Assembly: GCA_964387935.1 (NCBI GenBank)
Contig: CAYLZN010000001.1
Location: 18,976 to 82,975, forward strand
DNA length: 64,000 nt
Reading direction: 5' to 3'
Source of the DNA: an uncultured Vicinamibacteraceae bacterium
Lineage (GTDB): Bacteria; Acidobacteriota; Vicinamibacteria; Vicinamibacterales; JAFNAJ01
The position numbers and the translations under genes are program-made. Positions 48,490 to 58,800 of the stretch are shown here, in pieces; the first letter of the stretch is position 1; each line of letters opens with the position of its first letter. The notes below the pieces were generated by a model. That model was not told where the DNA came from. It worked only from the letters and a program-made list of their open reading frames with translations, and searched no databases.

Positions 48490-50577
48490 CTACCACCCCA
48501 CCCAGGACAGGAGGTTCTGCAGCAGGAAGAGCCAACTGGCCGACCAGCGGGCCGTGTGCCGCGCATCCGACGCTGTGCGTCGCCCGTTGTTCAGCCAGTT
48601 CGCGTCGAGCGTCACCTTGCGGTCCGGGTCCACCTCGGCCCACTCGAGCCGCTCCGGGCGATGGAACTCGAAGCGCTTCCACCGCTCACGGCCGTCCCAC
48701 TGGATTCGCTCGAGCGGCTGACCTTCGAACTTGAGCGCCAGTTGGACGGGAAAGACGAAGTCCCCATAGCGCCGGACCAGCACGACGGTCCGATACTCGG
48801 GGGCACGGCCCGCATCCCTGTCCGCCTGCGCCTGCCGGCGGGCCTCAGCCTCGCTGACCAAGGTCGTGCCCGCGGGGCCCTCGAGAAACCCGCGGGGCGG
48901 GGCGGACCGGGTGCTCGTCGCCCTCGCGACCTCGTAGTCGAGCACGTCGTGCCCTTCGACCGCGGCCTTGAAGAACCACGACAGGTCCTGCCCGGAGACC
49001 TCGCTGGCGACCGCGTAGAAGTCGTCGCTCGAGGGATGTCGGAAACGCCATCGCTCGTGGAAGGTGCGCATCACGCGCGCCATGGTCTGCTCGCCGAGGT
49101 ACCCTTCCAGGGTGCGCAGCAGCAGCCCCGGCTTGGTGTAGCTGTAGAAGCTGTACCCACCCGAGTAGGTCCAGGCCGGCTGGCGAACCCTGTCGAAGAT
49201 CTGCCAGCGGTTGTTCTGCATCCGGTTCGTCTGCTCCTCCGTCACGCGCAGACCGAGGAGCTCGGCGGCCACGCCGTCGTAGCCCCGATCGATCACCTTG
49301 CCGGTCGAGTACGTGTTCAGGCCTTCGTCGAGCCAGGCCTCCTCGAACTCGTTGTTCGCCGACAGGCCGTACCAGAACTGATGGCCGAACTCGTGGATCG
49401 TGACGAGCTCCGGGGCGCGGATCCGATCCAGGGGCCAGCGACCAAGCACCGCGCTGGTGCCTGCCGTGATGAACGTCGGATACTCCATCCCGCCCGCGCC
49501 GCCGGCGCCGGGGGCCGGGTCCACGACGGTCAGCGTGTCGTAGGGGTAGCGGCCGTACCAGAGCCCGAACCACTTCAAGCCGAGCACCGCCGCCTCGAAG
49601 TGCCGCTCGGCCTGGGCGCGGTGCGGGGGCTGCAGCAGCAAGATGATCTCGACGTCCTTCAGGCGCACCTGGTCCGGCGGGCGCCCGAGCAGCCGTGCGG
49701 TGGTCGCGTACTCCTCCGCGCTGACGTCGCGAGTCGCGGAGAACGTCCGCCGCATCTCGATGAATGCCGGGTCCGCCGTCCAGGCGAAGTCGTGCACGTC
49801 GCGCTGCGCGTAGCTGTAGGTCGTCGTCCCATCGGCGTTCCGCCGCTCCCCGGTCCGCGTCCCGGTGGCGCCGACGACGTAGCCGGAGGGCACGGTGATG
49901 TCGACGTCGAAACGACCGAAGTCGGCGTAGAACTCCGAGTTCGCATGGAACTGGTGCGCGTTCCAGCCGCCCGAGGTCCGCCCGCGACGCCCCGCGGGCT
50001 CGTAGACCGCCACCTTGGGAAACCACTGACCGACCAGGTGGAACCTGTCCTTGTATCCCGTCCGCGCGAAGACCCTGGGGAGCTGCGCGGTGAAATCGAT
50101 GGCCAGCGTCACGCTGCCCCCGGGCGGCACGGCCTCGGGCAGCGTCACCCGGGCGACCGTCCGATCGTCCACGTTGCCATCGTCCGGCTGCTCGAAGCGC
50201 AGCGTGGGCAGCAGGTCGGCGCCGCCCTGGTCCAGGGTCATCGAGGTGATGTCGATCCGGCCCCACCCGTCTTCAGCCATTTGGTCGCCGCGGAGCTGCC
50301 CGCCAGACTCGCGATTGAACGTGCTCTTCGAGTTCTTGAAGGCGTTCAGATACAGGTGGAACCACAGCTCGGACACGGCGTCCTGCGACGGATTGCGCCA
50401 GACGAGCTGTTGCCGCCCTGTCAGCTTGTGCGTCTCGGAGTCGAGACTCACGGCGATGCGGTAGTGAACGACCTCGTCGGCCCGATCCGGCAGGACGTCT
50501 GCGTCGACGGCCATCGCGACCAGTGACAACGAAAGGGCGAGAAGAAGGCGCCTCGGCCAGGTGGCACGGTGGGACAT
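48490..50577 (-). CDS. M1-family metallopeptidase (aminopeptidase N-like), secreted
   Basis: GGMEYPT (GAMEN variant). HEFGHQFWYGLSANNEFEEAWLDEG (HExxH-X18-E). Signal peptide. Confidence 0.85.
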   Translation of the reverse strand: MSHRATWPRRLLLALSLSLVAMAVDADVLPDRADEVVHYRIAVSLDSETHKLTGRQQLVWRNPSQDAVSELWFHLYLNAFKNSKSTFNRESGGQLRGDQMAEDGWGRIDITSMTLDQGGADLLPTLRFEQPDDGNVDDRTVARVTLPEAVPPGGSVTLAIDFTAQLPRVFARTGYKDRFHLVGQWFPKVAVYEPAGRRGRTSGGWNAHQFHANSEFYADFGRFDVDITVPSGYVVGATGTRTGERRNADGTTTYSYAQRDVHDFAWTADPAFIEMRRTFSATRDVSAEEYATTARLLGRPPDQVRLKDVEIILLLQPPHRAQAERHFEAAVLGLKWFGLWYGRYPYDTLTVVDPAPGAGGAGGMEYPTFITAGTSAVLGRWPLDRIRAPELVTIHEFGHQFWYGLSANNEFEEAWLDEGLNTYSTGKVIDRGYDGVAAELLGLRVTEEQTNRMQNNRWQIFDRVRQPAWTYSGGYSFYSYTKPGLLLRTLEGYLGEQTMARVMRTFHERWRFRHPSSDDFYAVASEVSGQDLSWFFKAAVEGHDVLDYEVARATSTRSAPPRGFLEGPAGTTLVSEAEARRQAQADRDAGRAPEYRTVVLVRRYGDFVFPVQLALKFEGQPLERIQWDGRERWKRFEFHRPERLEWAEVDPDRKVTLDANWLNNGRRTASDARHTARWSASWLFLLQNLLSWVGW

Positions 50578-50594
50578 GACAGGGACATTCTAGT

Positions 50595-50646
50595 GGCGTA
50601 CGGCGTATGGCGTACGGCGGCGTACGGCACGTGGCCGGCAGGCGTG
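50595..50646 (+). repeat. Heptanucleotide tandem array (GGCGTAC-type)
   Basis: GGCGTAC GGCGTAT GGCGTAC GGC GGCGTAC GGCACGT GGCCGGC AGGCGTG. Lies in the divergent region between the M1 gene and the esterase-like gene. Confidence 0.8.
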
Positions 50647-50701
50647 CGTCTCAGACGGGACTACAATGTTGCGCACGGTGAACCCCACCGGGGAGGTTCC
50701 G

Positions 50702-52456
50702 ATGACGCCGAGTCGGTCTCGAGTTCTGGCGGTGCTTGTGGCCACCGCGGCGATGGCCGCAATCCGGCCGGTCACGCCGGTGGACGCGCAGGTGCCAAGT
50801 CCGCGGGTGCTGGTCTCGTTCCCGGCCTCCTCCAGTGCCGCACCGCTCGACGGCAGACTCCTGTTGATCGTGTCTCGCGACGAGCGCAGCGAGCCTCGGT
50901 TCCAGGTCAGCGACGGCCTGAAGACCCAGCAGGTGTTCGGCCTCGACGTCGAAGGCCTGAAGCCGGGGCAGGACGCGGTGTTCGACACGTCGGTGCCCGG
51001 CTACCCGGTCGAGACGCTCGCGGAGGTGCCCCCCGGCACGTATACCGTGCAGGCGCTGCTGCACAAGTACGAGACGTTCCGCCGCGCGGACGGGCACGTG
51101 GTGAAGCTCCCGATGGACCGCGGCGAAGGCCAGCAGTGGAACCGCGCACCCGGCAACCTGTACTCGACGCCCCGGCAGGTGACGATCGACGCGAAGGCGG
51201 CGCAGCCCGTGCGCGTCCTCCTCGACATGGTCATCCCGCCAATCCCCGATCCGCCGACCACGAAGTACATCAAGCACGAACGCCTCCAGAGCGAGCGCCT
51301 CACCAGGTTCTGGGGCCGGCCCATGCACCTCGGCGCGCACGTGCTCCTGCCGGAGGGCTTCGACGAGCACCCGGACGCGCGCTACCCGCTCGTCATCTTC
51401 CACGGACATTTTCCCGCCACGTTCGATGGCTTCCGTGAGACGCCCCCGGACGCGCACCTGAAGTGCGAGTTCAGCGAGCGATTCAACTGGGAGTGCTACA
51501 ACCGCACGGTGCAGGAGCAGGCCTACGAGTTCTACAAGGCGTGGACCGGCCCCGGCTACCCGCGCATGATCATCGTCCAGATCCAGCACGCCAACCCGTA
51601 CTACGATGATTCCTACGCGGTGAACTCGGCGAACCTCGGGCCGTACGGCGACGCGATCACCTACGAGCTGCTGCCCTACCTCGAGAAGAAGTACCGCGCG
51701 ATCGGCCAGCCGTGGGCGCGGTTCATGTATGGCGGGTCGACGGGCGGATGGGAAGCGATCGGGGCACAGATCATGTACCCCGACCAGTACAACGGCTGCT
51801 ACGCGGCGTGCCCGGACCCGATCGACTTCCGCGCCTACACGACGGTGAACATCTACGACGACGAGAACGCGTACTCCCGCATCGGGACGTGGCGACGCGT
51901 CGCCCGGCCGGGGCACCGGAACTACCTCGGTCACGTGGACGCGACGGTCGAGGACATGAACCGCCTCGAGGCCGTGCTGGGATCGAAGGGCCGGTCGGGC
52001 GGGCAGTGGGACATCTGGCAGGCCGTCTACTCGCCCGTGGGGCCGGACGGCTACCCGGCGCCAATCTGGGACAGGAAGACCGGCGTCATCGACAAGAAGG
52101 TCGCCGAGCACTGGCGCGAGCACTACGATCTCGGCGCCATCCTGCGTCGCGACTGGGCCAAGGGCCTTGGCCAGCAGCTCGCCGGCAAGATCAACATCTA
52201 CGTCGGCGACATGGACAACTACTATCTCAACAACGCCGTCTACCTCGTCGAGGACTTCCTGAAGGACACGAAGAACCCGTACTTCGGTGGAGAGATCGAC
52301 TACGGCGACCGGGCGGAACACTGCTGGAATGGCGACCACACCCGCCCCAACGCGGTGTCACGGCTGCGGTATCACCAGTTCTTCGCCCCCAAGATCGTCA
52401 AGCGCCTGCTCGAAACCGCACCGCCCGGGGCGGACACCGGGAGCTGGAGGTATTAA
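50702..52456 (+). CDS. Secreted esterase-like alpha/beta-fold protein (enterochelin-esterase-like family)
   Basis: ATG 50702 after GGGAGG; TACAAT upstream. YPLVIFHGHF, FMYGGSTGGWEAIG. Confidence 0.65.
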   Translation: MTPSRSRVLAVLVATAAMAAIRPVTPVDAQVPSPRVLVSFPASSSAAPLDGRLLLIVSRDERSEPRFQVSDGLKTQQVFGLDVEGLKPGQDAVFDTSVPGYPVETLAEVPPGTYTVQALLHKYETFRRADGHVVKLPMDRGEGQQWNRAPGNLYSTPRQVTIDAKAAQPVRVLLDMVIPPIPDPPTTKYIKHERLQSERLTRFWGRPMHLGAHVLLPEGFDEHPDARYPLVIFHGHFPATFDGFRETPPDAHLKCEFSERFNWECYNRTVQEQAYEFYKAWTGPGYPRMIIVQIQHANPYYDDSYAVNSANLGPYGDAITYELLPYLEKKYRAIGQPWARFMYGGSTGGWEAIGAQIMYPDQYNGCYAACPDPIDFRAYTTVNIYDDENAYSRIGTWRRVARPGHRNYLGHVDATVEDMNRLEAVLGSKGRSGGQWDIWQAVYSPVGPDGYPAPIWDRKTGVIDKKVAEHWREHYDLGAILRRDWAKGLGQQLAGKINIYVGDMDNYYLNNAVYLVEDFLKDTKNPYFGGEIDYGDRAEHCWNGDHTRPNAVSRLRYHQFFAPKIVKRLLETAPPGADTGSWRY

Positions 52457-52472
52457 CCTGATCGGACAGAAC

Positions 52473-52542
52473 GGCGGGCGGCGGGCGGCTGGCGACCAGC
52501 GGCCTGGGCCGCGCGCCGCGCGCCGTGGGCCGCAAGCCGATT
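52473..52542. repeat. Heptamer-phased GC-rich array (GGCGGGC GGCGGGC GGCTGGC GACCAGC GGCCTGG GCCGCGC GCCGCGC GCCGTGG GCCGCAA GCCGATT)
   Basis: Read directly from the sequence. Shares the GCCGCAAGCC motif with the 38630 array. Lies between the esterase-like and epimerase genes. Confidence 0.7.
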
Positions 52543-52559
52543 GTCGAAGTGAGGTCAGC

Positions 52560-53666
52560 ATGCCCCTCGATCGCCGAGCGTTCCTCGGAGCGGTTCCCGT
52601 GGTCAGCGGCGCGGCGCTGCTCGCTCCGCAGGCCCGCGCCGCCGGATCCTCATCCCGTATGAAGCTCACGTTCCGACCGTACACGCTGGAACTGAAGCAC
52701 GTCTTCACGCTCGCCACCAGCTCGCGCACGACGACGCCCGTGGTGCTGACGGAGATTGCCTACGAGGGCAAGGTCGGCTACGGGGAGGCCTCCATGCCGC
52801 CGTACCTCGGCGAGTCGCACGAATCGGCCACGGCGTTTCTGTCGAAGGTCGATCTCGCGCGGTTCGACGACCCGTTCCGCATCGAGGACATCCTGCGCTA
52901 CGTGGACGAGATCGCGCCCGGCAATCCTGCCGCCAAGGCGTCGGTGGACATCGCGCTCCACGACCTCGTCGGCAAGCTGATCGGACAGCCCTGGTACAGG
53001 GTGTGGGGCCTGGACCCGGGCAAGACGCCCTCCACGTCGTTCACGATCGGCATCGACACGCCCGACGTCGTGCGCGAGAAGACGCGTGAGGCGGCGGCGT
53101 TCAAGATCCTCAAGGTCAAGCTCGGGCGCGACACCGACAAGGCGATCATCGAAGCCATCAGGTCCGTGACGAACGTCCCGCTGTGCGCCGATGTGAACCA
53201 GGGCTGGAAGGACCGGGCCCAGGCGCTCGACATGCTCGGCTGGCTGAAGGAGAAGGGCGTCATGTTCGTCGAGCAGCCGATGCCGAAGGAACTGGCCGCC
53301 GACAATGCCTGGCTCACCGAGCGCAGCCCCGTGCCAATCGTCGGCGACGAGGCGGTGCAGCGGCTTGCGGACGTGAAGAAGGCGAGCAGCATCTACTCCG
53401 GCATCAACGTGAAGCTGATGAAGTCCACCGGGATGCGGGAGGCGCAGGCCATGATCACGACGGCCAAGGCCCTGGGCATGAAGGTGCTGCTCGGATGCAT
53501 GACGGAGACGTCGTGCGGCATCTCGGCGGCGGCCCAGCTCTCGCCGATGGTGGACTGGGCCGACCTCGACGGCGCGTTGCTGATCCGCAACGACCCGTTC
53601 AAGGGCGCCCACGTCATCGACGGCAAGGTGACCCTGACCGACGCACCTGGCATCGGTCTCAGGTGA
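52560..53666 (+). CDS. Dipeptide (L-Ala-D/L-Glu-type) epimerase, enolase superfamily, with Tat signal peptide
   Basis: ATG 52560 after GAGG. MPLDRRAFLGAVPVVSGAALLAPQARAAG. KILKVKLG, VNQGW, IVGDE, INVKLMK, GCMTES-like CMTETS. Confidence 0.8.
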   Translation: MPLDRRAFLGAVPVVSGAALLAPQARAAGSSSRMKLTFRPYTLELKHVFTLATSSRTTTPVVLTEIAYEGKVGYGEASMPPYLGESHESATAFLSKVDLARFDDPFRIEDILRYVDEIAPGNPAAKASVDIALHDLVGKLIGQPWYRVWGLDPGKTPSTSFTIGIDTPDVVREKTREAAAFKILKVKLGRDTDKAIIEAIRSVTNVPLCADVNQGWKDRAQALDMLGWLKEKGVMFVEQPMPKELAADNAWLTERSPVPIVGDEAVQRLADVKKASSIYSGINVKLMKSTGMREAQAMITTAKALGMKVLLGCMTETSCGISAAAQLSPMVDWADLDGALLIRNDPFKGAHVIDGKVTLTDAPGIGLR

Positions 53667-55813
53667 GCGGGCCCACCCACGGCGCTCCACCGTCTGCTCC
53701 GATCGTGGCGGAAGCGGGCAAGCGGCCACACCTCGAGCGGGCGTTGGGCCGGTGGGACCTGACGGCCATCGGCATCAACCAGGTCATCGGCGGCGCCATC
53801 TTCCTGATGCCGTCGCAGGTGGCCGGGCTCCTCGGCTCGTGGAGCCTGCCGGCCTTCGTGCTCGCCGGGCTGGCGTCCCTGCTCGTGGCCTGGTGCTTTG
53901 CGGAGGTCTCGACCCGGTTTGTCGGCACCGGTGGCGCCTACCTCTACACACGCGCGGCCTTTGGGCGCTTCATCGCCTTCGAGGTCGGCTGGATGCAGTG
54001 GTTCACGCGCGTGGCCAGTCACGCGTCGGTGGCGAACGGAGCTGCACTGGCCCTGGCGTACTTCGTGCCGGCCGTCGGGCGGGGACTGGGACGGGCCGCC
54101 TTCATCACCGCGCTCATGCTCCTGCTGGGGTGGATCAACGTTCGCGGCATCCGGCAGAGCGCCCGCCTCGTGAACGCCCTGACGATGGCCAAGCTGGTAC
54201 CGCTCGGGCTGTTCATCGCGCTCGGGCTGCCGTGGCTCGGGCGTCCACCACTCGCGGGGTTCCCCGCCGTCACGGCCGAGCAGGCCTCGACGGCGGCGCT
54301 GCTGCTGATCTTCGTCTTCGGGGGCTTCGACGTGGTCTCGGTCCCGGCGGGCGAGACACAGGATCCCCGGCGGCACATGCCGTTTGCCTTCACGGTGACG
54401 ATTGCCGTCGTCGCCACGGTCATGACGCTGTGCCAGGCGGTGTGCCTGGCCGCCCTGCCAGACCTGGCGCTGTCGAAGACCCCTCTGGCCGACGCGGCGA
54501 TCATCGTGATGGGCGCCGCCGGCGCGACCCTGGTCGCGGCCGGCGCCATCGTGTCCATGCTGGGCAACAACGCGGGTCAGGTGCTCACGGGGTCGCGAAT
54601 GCTGTACGGGGTGGCCGAGAACGGGGATCTGCCCCGCTGGTTTGGGCGCGTGCACCCGCGCCATCACACGCCGGACGTGGCGGTCTGGTTCACGACGATC
54701 GTGGCGCTGGTGCTGGCGTTGACGGGATCGTTCGTCGCGCTGGCGGCGGTGAGCGCGGTGGCTCGGCTGGTGACCTACGTGGGCACCTGCGCGGCGACCT
54801 GGCGGCTGCGGAGTGCTCGCTTCGAGGGCCTGGTCGCTCCCGCGCTCTGGCGGACCCCTGGAGGGCCCCTGGTGCCCGTGCTGGCGATCGGGGTGTCGCT
54901 GATCATTCTGGCGGCCGCCAGCCGCCAGCAGTTGCTGTCGGGGGCGGCCGCGCTCACGGCTGGAGCGCTGCTGTTCCTCAGCGCGCAGGCCCCGTCGCAC
55001 TACCAGGCCGACGTCCAGCGCTGGCGGGCCGCTCGCGACGCATCGCTGCGCGCGGAGGACGGGTGGCCCACTCTGGTCGGGCTCTTCTGGCTGCAGCAGG
55101 GCCCCCAGACCATCGGGTCCTCTCCCGACCGCACATTCGTCCTGCCTGCCAGCGCTCCCGCTCACCTGGGCACGTTCACGCTCGATCACGAGGCGGTCTC
55201 CTTCCGCCCGGCGCCAGGCGTGCCCGTGGTCCGCGAGGCGCAGCCATTCACGGGGGGGCTCGTCCGCGACGACCGCACGAAGCCGCCGGACGTCCTGCGC
55301 GTCGGCAGCTACTCGCTCCTCGTCATCCACCGCACCGGACGCCTCGGCGTCCGGGTCCGCGATACCGCCTCGGAGGGCCGACGGCAGTTCCACGGCGAGC
55401 GATGGTTCCCGATCGACGAACGCTGGCGCCTCACGGCACGTTGGGTGCCCCACGTGCCGCCGCGCGAGGCGCGCATTCCCAACGTCGTCGGCGGCGAGTT
55501 CATCTGGTCGAATCCCGGGTACGCGTCGTTCACCGTGGACGGCCGGGACGTGCGGCTGGAGGCGCTGTTCGAGGGTGACAACCGCGAGGAGCTCTTCTTC
55601 ATCTTCAAGGATCTGACGAGCGGGAGCGACACGTACCCGGCCGGCCGTTTCCTGTACGCCGCGCTGCCTCGAGGCGGCAATGTCGTGCTCGACTTCAACA
55701 GGGCGCACAACCCGCCATGCGCCTTCACGCCGTTTGCCACGTGTCCGCTGCCGCCCCCGCAGAATCACGTGAAGGTGCGGATCGCCGCCGGAGCCCTGAA
55801 CTACGAACACTGA
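53663..55813 (+). CDS. APC-family amino-acid permease fused to a C-terminal DUF1684 domain
   Basis: GTG overlaps the epimerase stop (GTGA). Permease: LTAIGINQVIGGAIFLMPS..GGAYLYTRAAFG with 12 TM. C-terminal about 270 aa: WRAARDASLRAEDGWPTLVGLFWLQQGPQTIGS...DLTSGSDTYPAGRFLY...LDFNRAHNPPCAFTPFATCPLPPPQN. Confidence 0.8.
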   Translation: MSGPTHGAPPSAPIVAEAGKRPHLERALGRWDLTAIGINQVIGGAIFLMPSQVAGLLGSWSLPAFVLAGLASLLVAWCFAEVSTRFVGTGGAYLYTRAAFGRFIAFEVGWMQWFTRVASHASVANGAALALAYFVPAVGRGLGRAAFITALMLLLGWINVRGIRQSARLVNALTMAKLVPLGLFIALGLPWLGRPPLAGFPAVTAEQASTAALLLIFVFGGFDVVSVPAGETQDPRRHMPFAFTVTIAVVATVMTLCQAVCLAALPDLALSKTPLADAAIIVMGAAGATLVAAGAIVSMLGNNAGQVLTGSRMLYGVAENGDLPRWFGRVHPRHHTPDVAVWFTTIVALVLALTGSFVALAAVSAVARLVTYVGTCAATWRLRSARFEGLVAPALWRTPGGPLVPVLAIGVSLIILAAASRQQLLSGAAALTAGALLFLSAQAPSHYQADVQRWRAARDASLRAEDGWPTLVGLFWLQQGPQTIGSSPDRTFVLPASAPAHLGTFTLDHEAVSFRPAPGVPVVREAQPFTGGLVRDDRTKPPDVLRVGSYSLLVIHRTGRLGVRVRDTASEGRRQFHGERWFPIDERWRLTARWVPHVPPREARIPNVVGGEFIWSNPGYASFTVDGRDVRLEALFEGDNREELFFIFKDLTSGSDTYPAGRFLYAALPRGGNVVLDFNRAHNPPCAFTPFATCPLPPPQNHVKVRIAAGALNYEH

Positions 55814-55852
55814 TCCGCGCGAGTCGACCACGGTCGCTCGCGCGCCGACACC

Positions 55853-58800
55853 ATGCGCCGCCTCCTGACACTGTCCGTCGCACTGCTCGCCGCGTTGCTC
55901 GTGCTGACGTTCGTGCTCCACACGACGCCAGCACGCGGATTCGCGCGGGCGCGTGCGGAGGCCTGGCTGCGCGAACACGCCCGCCTGTCGGCGCACATCG
56001 GATCGCTGGACTACTCCCTGCGTCGCCTCCACGTCGAGGTCCGGGACGTGACCCTGGCCCCGGTGGACCGGCCAGAGGCGGTGTTTCTCCGGGCGGGCCG
56101 CATCTCGGTCGATATCGAGGGCTTTCCGTTCCTTGCTCCGTGGCGGCTGCGCGCGGCCGGGGCCGATCACCTTCACCTCTCCCTGCGCCGGGATGCGCAG
56201 GGCCGCCTCAACCTGCCGGAGTCGCGCGGCGGCGGAGACCCTCCGAGTGTCGCGTGGGTCGTGCCCGACGCCCTCGACGTGCGACATCTCACCTTCACGT
56301 ACGAGGACGAGCGGGCGAGCCCGGCAGGGGGCGGCCCGATCGTCGAGGTCCCGGACGCGTCCTGGCACGCCCGCAGACGCGAACACGGGCTCGAGGGCAT
56401 CTTCGCGGTGGAGGGCTTCGCCGCACTCAGGTTCGCCGACCGGTCACTGAGCGCGACAGGACTCCGGAGCCTGCTCCGTTGGGACGGGCGGTCGGTCCTG
56501 GCCCGCGACGTGACGGCGCTCCTCTGGCCGGCTGCGCCATCGGTGGCCCAGGGCCCCGTCCCGACGGCGCCCGCGCGCCTCGTGCCGTCCACCGGGACGA
56601 GCCCGCTGACCGCCTTGACAGGTACCGTGACGATCGCCGGGGTGTTCGAGTCGCCGACGATCACGGCGGAGGGACGGGGCGACCTCACGCTCGACGCGTT
56701 CGAACGCTGGCTGTCGCTCCCATTCGATCTCGACAGCCAGGGCACGATTCACTGGGCTGGCACGGTCACCGGTGACGTCGCCTCACCGACCGTGGACGCG
56801 ACAGTGAGCGGGTCGGCCCTTTCGGCGCGAGGCGAGGACGGCCTCGCGCTGACGTCGGGGCTGCGGTTCGAAGACGGGACCCTCACCGTTCGCGGCACGC
56901 GCATCACACGTGGCGCCTCGACGATCGAGACGACGGCGACGATTCCCACCGGGGCCGCGCCTGGCCCCGCTCGCGTCGAGGGCCGCTGGCAGGCGGTCCC
57001 GCTCGCCACCGTGCTCCACCACGTCGGCCGGCCACTTCCTGGTGCGAGGGCGTGGCTCGACGGCAACATCGACGTGACGTGGCAAGGGTCCGACCTTCGT
57101 TCCGTGACGGGAGCGGCGACGAACCGCGTGCGGTCGACGGGCACCGTCGCCGAAGCGTCGCTGAACGGACAGGCGTCCTGGCGGGCCTCGGGAGGTCGGT
57201 GGACGCTGCGGCACGAGCACACGCTCGGGACGCTGCTGGTGGACGGCTCGGCCTCCGGCCCGCTCCCCGCGACGGCGGCCCACGACATCCCGCTCAACGG
57301 GCCTTTCAACGTCTCGAGTCCCGATCTGGCCGCCACGCTCGTGGACCTGGCTCACCTGGGAATCCTGGCGCCGGCGGCGGCCGCGCGTGCGCAGGCCGGC
57401 AGCATGACGTTTCAGGGACACCTGGCCGGCACGCTTGGGCGGCCTGCGGTGGCGGGACCGGTCAGCGGGCAGGGCCTTCGGACCACGCTGACCCCGCGAC
57501 CGGTTGCGCTCGAGGCGAACATCAGGCTCGACACGACGGCGCTGGACGTGACGGGCGGCTCGCTGACGCAGGGGCCCAACGAGGTCACGCTGCAGGGTCG
57601 CCTCGCGTTCCGGGCCGGGACGTTGACCGGAACCGGAACCCTCGACATGTCCGACTTCGACCCGCTCTGGACGGCGTCGGACCTCCCGCGGCGCTGGCTC
57701 CCTCGGGGCCGGCTCACCGCGCGCGCGTCCGTCTCTGGCACGCTCCGAAGCCCGAACGCGGAAGCGGAGTTCTCGGGCTCGATGGGGCTCGGTGCCCTCG
57801 CCCCGTCGCCCGTCGGTGGACGCGTCCGACTCGTCAGAGAACGCCTCTTCCTCGACGACGTGGGTATCGATACGCCGGGCGGACGGGTCGATGCCGATGG
57901 CCAGGTCGACCTGGCGGATTCCTCGGGCCGATTCCTCGCGCGTGCCACGATCGACCTCGACGCAGCCGAGCGTCTCGGTCCTCTCGTGTCGCCGGACCCC
58001 TGGCCGCTCAGCGGCGCCTGGGCCGGCCGGGCCACCGCCGAGGGGCGCCTCGACGATCTCGACGGGGCCGCCATCGAGGCACTCTTCGAACGCGTAGATG
58101 GTGCGGTATCCGGACTGCCCGTCGCCCTCGACGAGCCGGCACACCTGGCCCGGCAGGGCGACCACGTGGCCGTCACTCGCCTCGTGCTGCGCTCCAACGG
58201 GACGGTGCTCACGCTCGACGGCGCCCTTGGCCCCGACGAGCCGGGGATCACAATCGGTGCCGACGTGCGTCTCGAGGACATCGCGCCATGGACCTCCGCG
58301 GTCGAGGCCACAGCGAGGCCCGCCCTCGCAGGCGCGCTTCGCCTGGAAGCACAGGTGGGCGGTCGCCTGCGCGCACCGCGCATCGAGGCCACGCTGACCG
58401 GCCGCGAGCTTTCGCTCGGAGCGGACGACTGGCCACCCCTGACGGGCGCCTCTCTCGATGCCCATGTCCAGGATGGACTCATCTCGGTGCGCCAGATGAC
58501 CGGCACGTGGCAGGGGGCGTCCCTCGCCGCAACCGCCACGGTGCCCATCCGTCTGCTGGAACGGTGGCTGCCCCGCTCGTGGCACGGCGCGCTGCAGACG
58601 GTCTCCGGCCCGGCACGATTCGGCGGAGCGCTCACGGGTCTGACGCCGGCAGCCCTGCAGTCCTTCGTGAGCCCGGAGACACTGGCCACGATCGGCGGCA
58701 GGGCGTCGATTCGCGTCTCGGCGGAAGCCGACGAGCTGAGTCTGGACGAACTGCGTGGCGAGGTCACCTTCGACTCCGCCGAGTTCGTCGTCGCACAAGT

